Of a stretch of DNA of 64,000 bases, positions 54,708 through 61,054 are shown one piece after another. Numbering within the stretch: position 1 is the first letter of the stretch; each line of letters opens with the position of its first letter. Made by a program: the position numbers and the translations under genes. Origin of the DNA: a virus. The stretch covers positions 1 to 64,000 of the IMG/VR virus record IMGVR_UViG_3300027736_000020; one strand, 5' to 3'. Under the pieces are notes generated by a model, which was given only the letters and a program-made list of their open reading frames with translations, was not told the DNA's origin and searched no databases.

Positions 54708-55559
54708 CTATTTTGCCACGCGTATGATGATTATGCCTTTTCCGCCGCTACCACCAATCGCTCCTGAACTGCCATTATTGTCATTTCTTGTTCCGTATCC
54801 ACCATTTCCGGTATTTGCTGCTCCTGAAGTAGCAGTGGATGCGCCTGTATGCGCACCGCCATTTCCACCAGCACCGTAAACGACACTATTGATCGCCGAA
54901 GTTTTTCCTGTCCCTCCAGTACCAGCAACCTGATTGCCAGCCGCTCCTCCGGCAGCACCTGCGCCGCCGCCGCCGCCGCCAGCATAGGATGAGGCACTTG
55001 CCGTATATGCAGCGCCACCAGAATTACCCTGTCCTGTTGTGCCTACACCGGCAGCTAACCATGACGGAACACCTTCATTCCCCAAGCTTCCTCCTCCTCC
55101 GCTTCCCACTACTCCATTTCCAGTTCCTGCGTCGAAAACGCTACTGTATGTATAATCTCTCCAAAAACTTGCGCCTTTTCCCCCTCCGTACGCAGTGACT
55201 GAAGCGAATGATGACGCTGTTCCACTTGAGCCATTTGGGTATGCTCCAGCTCCTCCACCACCCACTACGACGTTATACACAGTATTTGCGGAACAAGATA
55301 TGACTTGTTCAAGTACACCACCGCCTCCGCCTCCGCCTCCCATTCTTCCTCCGCCAGCACCTCCCCCGCCAACAATCAGTGCCGTTACCGATGTTGTCTT
55401 TGGAAATTTTATTGTTCCAGTGTCAAGAAAAGTATAGTAATAATATGTTGCGTCGCTAGTCTTCGTTCCTATTGTAAATGATAGTGCTGGACCATATTCT
55501 GCAACATATGCGGCAATAGTGACATCTCTATCTGAGACCTGATTGTATAAATAACTCAT
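54708..55559 (-). CDS. Glycine-rich tail-fibre-associated protein
   Basis: ALIVGGGGAGG...GGGGGGGVL...GSGGKGIIIIRV; start ATG 55559 with GGGAG RBS. Confidence 0.8.
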   Translation of the reverse strand: MSYLYNQVSDRDVTIAAYVAEYGPALSFTIGTKTSDATYYYYTFLDTGTIKFPKTTSVTALIVGGGGAGGGRMGGGGGGGGVLEQVISCSANTVYNVVVGGGGAGAYPNGSSGTASSFASVTAYGGGKGASFWRDYTYSSVFDAGTGNGVVGSGGGGSLGNEGVPSWLAAGVGTTGQGNSGGAAYTASASSYAGGGGGGAGAAGGAAGNQVAGTGGTGKTSAINSVVYGAGGNGGAHTGASTATSGAANTGNGGYGTRNDNNGSSGAIGGSGGKGIIIIRVAK

Positions 55560-55569
55560 GTCATTCTCC

Positions 55570-57633
55570 CTAAATAATGAACCATGTGTTTGTGCCATCG
55601 GAAACAAATGTATATGAATCATATTGCGCCGGAATTGAAAATGCTGCTCCTGCACTGCCTAATTCAATGAACTGTCCAGCTGCTGGAGTAATGTTTACAG
55701 TGCCGGGCGTCAGTCTTTTTATGATGTACACCCTGTTTGCCGCAGTGGCTGCATTAGGCAGTGTATAAACAACATTCCCTGTTGCCGCACTAGTAATAAT
55801 ATATTGCGTGGCATCAAGCGTTGTTCCACTAGCAAGCAAAGGAGAAACTTTTACTGATTGTGATCCTGATACATGAAATGTAGATTTTGGATCACTCGTC
55901 CCAATGCCGACGTTGCCAGCGGTAGTAATTCGCACTCGTTCCGCCCCGTTGGTGTATATTTCCACACCTCCAACGTTGTATGTTCCTCCTGAACCTCTTG
56001 CAACAAACATGCCTGAAGTGGCGGTTGTCGGACCACCTCGCAGAATAAGTGATCCATCGGCAGTATTTACTGGCCGGTCAATGTATACATCGGCTGTGGC
56101 ACCGTTAACGGAAAGAGATGCGGTAGGACTCGTGGTCCCAATGCCGACGTTGCCAGCATTGGTAATTGCCAAGCGGACTAAGCCATTTGGGCCTCCGCCA
56201 TACGTAGTGTCGGTTTTCCAATCTTCGCGGAAAATTCTGAACAAACCGGAGGCGTTATCTATATTCCATATGACTGGAGTACCAGTCATTGTTGCTGCAG
56301 TGGAAACGGTGGCGAGACTTGTGTCAAGATTGACCGTATATGGGCCAGATCCTGACACACTTGTCACAACGGCTCCCGTAGTAACTCCCGCGACAGACAG
56401 CACTTGTCCCGCAGCCCAAGCCCCGGTTACTGTTCCGGAAGTGGTCATGACTGTTCCAAGTATCGTACCTTGAGACGAAGCAGTGTTCGTAGTCTCGGAT
56501 TCAAGGGTCAGCCGTCCGTTTGTTGGTGCACCAGCGAATCCTTGAGGAGATGTGGCTTGCGGTGCGCGAAGGCGAAGATGCCCGTTGATGCTGACAGGAA
56601 CAGAAAATCGCGCAAGCATGGAATATGTTGAATACTGATAAGCTCCGGTAGTGTACACCTCATTGTATGTAGGAAAACTGAGATCAAAAAATCTTTCGGT
56701 AATATTTGTTCCGCCAGAAACTGTTGCATTTCCCCCGGTATCTGTTCGTTCAGGATATCCCCAAATGCTGTATTGTCTTGCACCCGTAATTTTTGTGTCG
56801 CTTAATGTGTCTACATACGTAGCCCAGTGTATGCCGCCCAAATCCGAAAAAGAATATGTGGAAGTTCCCGCCGTGCTTGTTGTAGTGGAAAAAATGACTA
56901 CATCCGTGGCGTTTGTTATTGATTGAATAATGCAAGAAGTGCCAACGGCTCCTGCAGTTGTCCCTGTGGCAACGCTTGTCACTTTCATTCCAATGTGTAG
57001 TGCGGAAGTTGATGCAACCGCCAGTGTTGCAGTCCTAGCCGAACCAGTGCCACCCACAGCAGAAATTGTTCCACCAATACTGGGCACATCGGTATTTTTT
57101 GCAAAAAGCTGAACTGCAACCCAAGGAGCTGTCGTTCTTGTGGCTTGAATATTTATTTGCGACGTATTCATGAAGGCATAAATTCGATTATTTACCAATA
57201 AGTATTCTTTTGATTGATCAATTGCTCCTGCTGCATTTCCATATCCAATAGTCAAATTTGGATTTGGCGTATTCGTATACGTAAATAATTGAAAATTGTC
57301 AGAAGCAGTTGATGTTAATTGCAGTCCATTAATTGTTCCGGTTCCATTAGAAAATGTACCCGTCACAGAAGTATTATTATTTAAAGTGATTCCACCGGGC
57401 GCACCAACCCACAAACTTTTTCCGGCAGTGCTTGTATAAAGTCGTATTTGATTATTCGTCGGATAGTCATCAATGGTGTATCCAATGGTGCCAATTGAAA
57501 GGGATGAAAGGGACTGCGTGGACGAAACACTCAACGTCGTGACGCCATTCGTTGTCGATGAGGTCAGCCCGGTTCCTCCCAGAACTTGGGCCGCAACATT
57601 CAATCCAGAAACCGTTAGCGTCTTGATAGTCAT
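55570..57633 (-). CDS. Tail fibre protein with GNVGIGT repeats
   Basis: Two GNVGIGT motifs; C-terminal YTLPNAATAANRVYIIKR...VSDGTNTWFII; start overlaps the upstream stop. Confidence 0.85.
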   Translation of the reverse strand: MTIKTLTVSGLNVAAQVLGGTGLTSSTTNGVTTLSVSSTQSLSSLSIGTIGYTIDDYPTNNQIRLYTSTAGKSLWVGAPGGITLNNNTSVTGTFSNGTGTINGLQLTSTASDNFQLFTYTNTPNPNLTIGYGNAAGAIDQSKEYLLVNNRIYAFMNTSQINIQATRTTAPWVAVQLFAKNTDVPSIGGTISAVGGTGSARTATLAVASTSALHIGMKVTSVATGTTAGAVGTSCIIQSITNATDVVIFSTTTSTAGTSTYSFSDLGGIHWATYVDTLSDTKITGARQYSIWGYPERTDTGGNATVSGGTNITERFFDLSFPTYNEVYTTGAYQYSTYSMLARFSVPVSINGHLRLRAPQATSPQGFAGAPTNGRLTLESETTNTASSQGTILGTVMTTSGTVTGAWAAGQVLSVAGVTTGAVVTSVSGSGPYTVNLDTSLATVSTAATMTGTPVIWNIDNASGLFRIFREDWKTDTTYGGGPNGLVRLAITNAGNVGIGTTSPTASLSVNGATADVYIDRPVNTADGSLILRGGPTTATSGMFVARGSGGTYNVGGVEIYTNGAERVRITTAGNVGIGTSDPKSTFHVSGSQSVKVSPLLASGTTLDATQYIITSAATGNVVYTLPNAATAANRVYIIKRLTPGTVNITPAAGQFIELGSAGAAFSIPAQYDSYTFVSDGTNTWFII

Positions 57634-57974
57634 TAGCTTATTTCCACGCCAGAAACACTGAATGCCACCGTAACAGCACTCGCAGATACAAGCAAGTATT
57701 TATTGGTCAAATCAAGAGTGGTTCCGACAGTAAGAAAGACCGTGTCATTCGCATTGACGGTTCCTCCGTACGCAATGTATCCCGTATATCCCGAGGCTGG
57801 AAACGTATTTGCGGTAGAAATACACACCCTATACGTCGCACTGGCCCCGGCAGTATTGCAAATGACTATCGTGCTGGCAATGGCCGCAGTGACAGTGCAG
57901 GTATAGAGAACGTCTGCGGTTCCAATGGTTCCACTTGATGTTATTGCGCCCAATCTTTTATATGTTTGCGCCAT
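57633..57974 (-). CDS. Small beta-rich fibre adaptor-like protein, type 'xKRLG'
   Basis: Paralogue of 51690-52019; TGTATAAT (57991-57998) and GGAG upstream. Confidence 0.8.
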   Translation of the reverse strand: MAQTYKRLGAITSSGTIGTADVLYTCTVTAAIASTIVICNTAGASATYRVCISTANTFPASGYTGYIAYGGTVNANDTVFLTVGTTLDLTNKYLLVSASAVTVAFSVSGVEIS

Positions 57975-58028
57975 TATGATGCTCCAATCAATTATACATT
58001 TTTATGAGCTTTTTAATTCGGCATTTTT

Positions 58029-59882
58029 TCATCGAACATATATTTCAAAACGGGCGGATCGGTTGATTCCGGTCGTGTCCTGACAGCAAGCGATGTAATC
58101 GCCTGCGCTTCGAGTACCGTTAGCCATCCCGATGCCTCCAAACACGTCATTCGTTCCGACGTAGATTTGATTAGTGCTTGGCCAAAGACCCTCGCCGTTT
58201 TCGTTCCATCCAAAGCCCCATCGAACAGATCCGGTAACCGAAGGATATAGCGTGTAATTGACTTGAGAATAATTAAATCCATAAAACCTGATATCCGTCT
58301 GACTGGAGAATGAACCATTCGACCACCCAGTAAAGGTCTTGGCGTCTCGCTTGAACAAGCCGCTGCCCCCGTACTGGACCGGATACGACAGGTTGAAGAA
58401 GTTGGTCAGCGATTGACGACTAGTGCCGTTAAAGTCGTTTTCCAACCATGTCCACTGAGTATTGTTGGAGATGCTGCCTCCTGTCCACGTGATCTGGCTG
58501 GTGGTGGTCTTGTAGCAGTAGAAGTCGGCAACGAAGTTGTAGTTCTGACCAGATGCGGCCCATCCGGCGTTGTCAATTCGAAACCTCCCGTGAGTCGTGC
58601 TGGCCGTCGTCGTGAGGGCAATCGTGTTGGCTACACCATCGACCAGAGTTGTCGTCGTCACGATGGTGCCGGACTGAAGTTGCTCGAAGTACATGGCGTG
58701 AGCACTGCCCTTGTTGGTTGTTCCCTTGTTGACGCCAACCGATATGGCCGTATTGGCGGGAACGGAAAATGTCGAGGAGTATGAGCGGTGCGTACTGTTG
58801 TTGGAGATCCACGGCTTGACACCGTTGTCCGTGTTGGCTGTCGGGGAACTGTTGATCGTATACTGGACATTGATGGTGACCGCAGGCGTGACCCGCGCCG
58901 AAATCTCCAAGGGAATCATGGTGACCTGCGTCCCATTGGTGAATGTCGCCGCGGTCGCGCCGCTGAGGTCATCAATGACCACTTCACGGATGTTGGTATC
59001 GGCCTTGACGATCCTGAACGCGTAGTACCGTTCGGCCATGACATTGGCGGGAGTCATGTCGGGCCACAATCCAAGGATATCTTTTGCACCGAAGTAGTTA
59101 AAAGTCTGGTATTTTGCATTTCCAGCATTTGTGGTGGTATCACTGGGATTAAGGGTATTGAAGGTGGTCCAATAGGAAGAAGAATAGGAAAAAGTGGTAT
59201 CACTCAAGGATTTCCCGCCCTTCATTGCTAGCATCCATCCGCCACCGTCGTACGCGGAGTCCATCAGGCAGTAAACCTGCGTTGGACCGACAGTCGGGAG
59301 ATTGATCCAATACACACCGTTAGTATTGGTTCCCGTTAACGTTTTGATGGACATTGCACTGTCTCCGGCAAGGGCAGACGTAGATCCATTACCTGAAGCA
59401 TTTACAGGAGTAATTGTCGATACATTTGCCAATAATATTCCGGAAGAATTTGCAAGTCGTATTTCAATATAAAATGAATCAGTTTCTATTCCATCAGAGC
59501 TTACCAACGTTTTTGTAAATTCTCCCGAAGATGTTGTTCCCCATTCAGAATATGTGGTAAATGTTCCAGTCATTAATCCATCAGTAAAATCTTCTGCTAA
59601 TACTGATCCTGTTAATGGAACAATTGTATAATGTAATGTTAATCCAGCCGTCGCTTTGGATAAATTGATCTTTACGGTAAAAGTCGTTCCTTCGGTGGGA
59701 GTAACTGACGGAGTGACAGATGTCCAATTCGTGCGAATTTGCTGAGGCCACGTCGCCTGCCTGACATGATTGTATGCCTGAAAAGAATCATATATTCCCG
59801 AGATTGACACAGGAGCAAACCCTGTCGCAGATGTTTGCGAGGGAAGATTCTGTGGTCCAATGATTCCGCCGTTTTTTATCAT
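58029..59882 (-). CDS. Receptor-binding-like protein with Calx-beta-like and fibrinogen-C-like domains
   Basis: NGVYWINLPTVGPTQVYCLMDSAYDGGGWML, SYWTT, VRWGFGWNEN; internal GC-richer insert. Confidence 0.7.
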   Translation of the reverse strand: MIKNGGIIGPQNLPSQTSATGFAPVSISGIYDSFQAYNHVRQATWPQQIRTNWTSVTPSVTPTEGTTFTVKINLSKATAGLTLHYTIVPLTGSVLAEDFTDGLMTGTFTTYSEWGTTSSGEFTKTLVSSDGIETDSFYIEIRLANSSGILLANVSTITPVNASGNGSTSALAGDSAMSIKTLTGTNTNGVYWINLPTVGPTQVYCLMDSAYDGGGWMLAMKGGKSLSDTTFSYSSSYWTTFNTLNPSDTTTNAGNAKYQTFNYFGAKDILGLWPDMTPANVMAERYYAFRIVKADTNIREVVIDDLSGATAATFTNGTQVTMIPLEISARVTPAVTINVQYTINSSPTANTDNGVKPWISNNSTHRSYSSTFSVPANTAISVGVNKGTTNKGSAHAMYFEQLQSGTIVTTTTLVDGVANTIALTTTASTTHGRFRIDNAGWAASGQNYNFVADFYCYKTTTSQITWTGGSISNNTQWTWLENDFNGTSRQSLTNFFNLSYPVQYGGSGLFKRDAKTFTGWSNGSFSSQTDIRFYGFNYSQVNYTLYPSVTGSVRWGFGWNENGEGLWPSTNQIYVGTNDVFGGIGMANGTRSAGDYIACCQDTTGINRSARFEIYVR

Positions 59883-59892
59883 TTATTTTCTC

Positions 59893-60675
59893 TTATACCG
59901 GGTAATCTGTTGTGTACAGCGACGGGTATCTATTTTTAAAAACATAATAATTCTGCATTATTTCGGCGTAAGACAACACTCTGTTATATGCTAATACAAA
60001 TGATATATAACAACTTGAGAATTCGGATGTAGCATTAAAAGTTCCAAGATAAAATGCATTTGGCCCTTGCGACCCGTAAGAGTTAGGGCCAAAACTCAAA
60101 GCAAGTCCATCGTATAAAGCCCAACTGTCAGAAGTATAATTTCCAGTGCAAGTAAATATTCTCCAGTTTGTATCGTTGTTTTGATAGGTAATATTTGTGC
60201 CTAATCCTGCACTTAGATCGTTAATCCATCCTTCAGAATAATACCTTTCATATCCTCCGCCATGATATCCCAATAAAAAATTATTATATCTTCCACTCAC
60301 CACGCGCCCCTGAATGGCCGTGTTAAAAATTTTTGTTCCTGCCATAATTGTATGATTTGTCGTGGAAAGATTTGGCCCCGCAGTTCGAATATATTGTCCA
60401 ACTGTACTTGATGTAGCAGTACATATCATTACCCCTCCATCTGTGGTTCCGCTCCAAGTAACCCCATTGACAAGAGTGCCATTATTTCCAGATCCGCTAA
60501 GATCAGTCCATGTTGTGCCAGTGCCTGAATAACTTGCAGTATTTCCCGCATCAAGATGCAACACAAGACCCGAAGAAACAACGCCGAAATTTGCTTTGCC
60601 GACAACGTCAATAGTGTTTGATCTTTTTTGCTGACTTGATCCTATGTATCCTGCGTTATTTGAAAAAAACGACAT
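59893..60675 (-). CDS. LamG / concanavalin A-like lectin domain protein
   Basis: GLVLHLDAGNTASYSGTGTTWTDLSGSGNNGTL...YNRVLSYAEIMQNY; start ATG 60675. Confidence 0.85.
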   Translation of the reverse strand: MSFFSNNAGYIGSSQQKRSNTIDVVGKANFGVVSSGLVLHLDAGNTASYSGTGTTWTDLSGSGNNGTLVNGVTWSGTTDGGVMICTATSSTVGQYIRTAGPNLSTTNHTIMAGTKIFNTAIQGRVVSGRYNNFLLGYHGGGYERYYSEGWINDLSAGLGTNITYQNNDTNWRIFTCTGNYTSDSWALYDGLALSFGPNSYGSQGPNAFYLGTFNATSEFSSCYISFVLAYNRVLSYAEIMQNYYVFKNRYPSLYTTDYPV

Positions 60676-60677
60676 TT

Positions 60678-61043
60678 TTATACACCAATCTCTTCGTATG
60701 AGCAAATTGCTTCCAATTTGCTTACGGTGCTTGCGGTAAGTCTCAAGCTATCATTTTCTTCTAGATATATTGCGCTTTCTTTTGACAACAAAACTAGCGT
60801 TGCGTTGGCAGGAACAGAAATCAAATACGCAATACGATACGCCGTGGTTGCGGCTTTGTAAACATCAGCAGTAATATTATACGCTGTTGTACCGTCAACA
60901 TTTGCAATAATTAATGAATTTATTTTCAATACTTTTCCTGAAGATGACCCGTTGGCTACAATCGCGGTTGCAGTAACTGGAACAGCAAGTCCTGCGGTTT
61001 TTCCGTACATGGTTGCTATTGATACGATATTTGGTGCGGCCAT
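60678..61043 (-). CDS. Small adaptor-like protein, type 'MAxPNI'
   Basis: MAAPNIVSIATMYGKT...VPANATLVLLSKESAIYLEENDSL. Confidence 0.8.
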   Translation of the reverse strand: MAAPNIVSIATMYGKTAGLAVPVTATAIVANGSSSGKVLKINSLIIANVDGTTAYNITADVYKAATTAYRIAYLISVPANATLVLLSKESAIYLEENDSLRLTASTVSKLEAICSYEEIGV

Positions 61044-61054
61044 TTTTTAATCCT

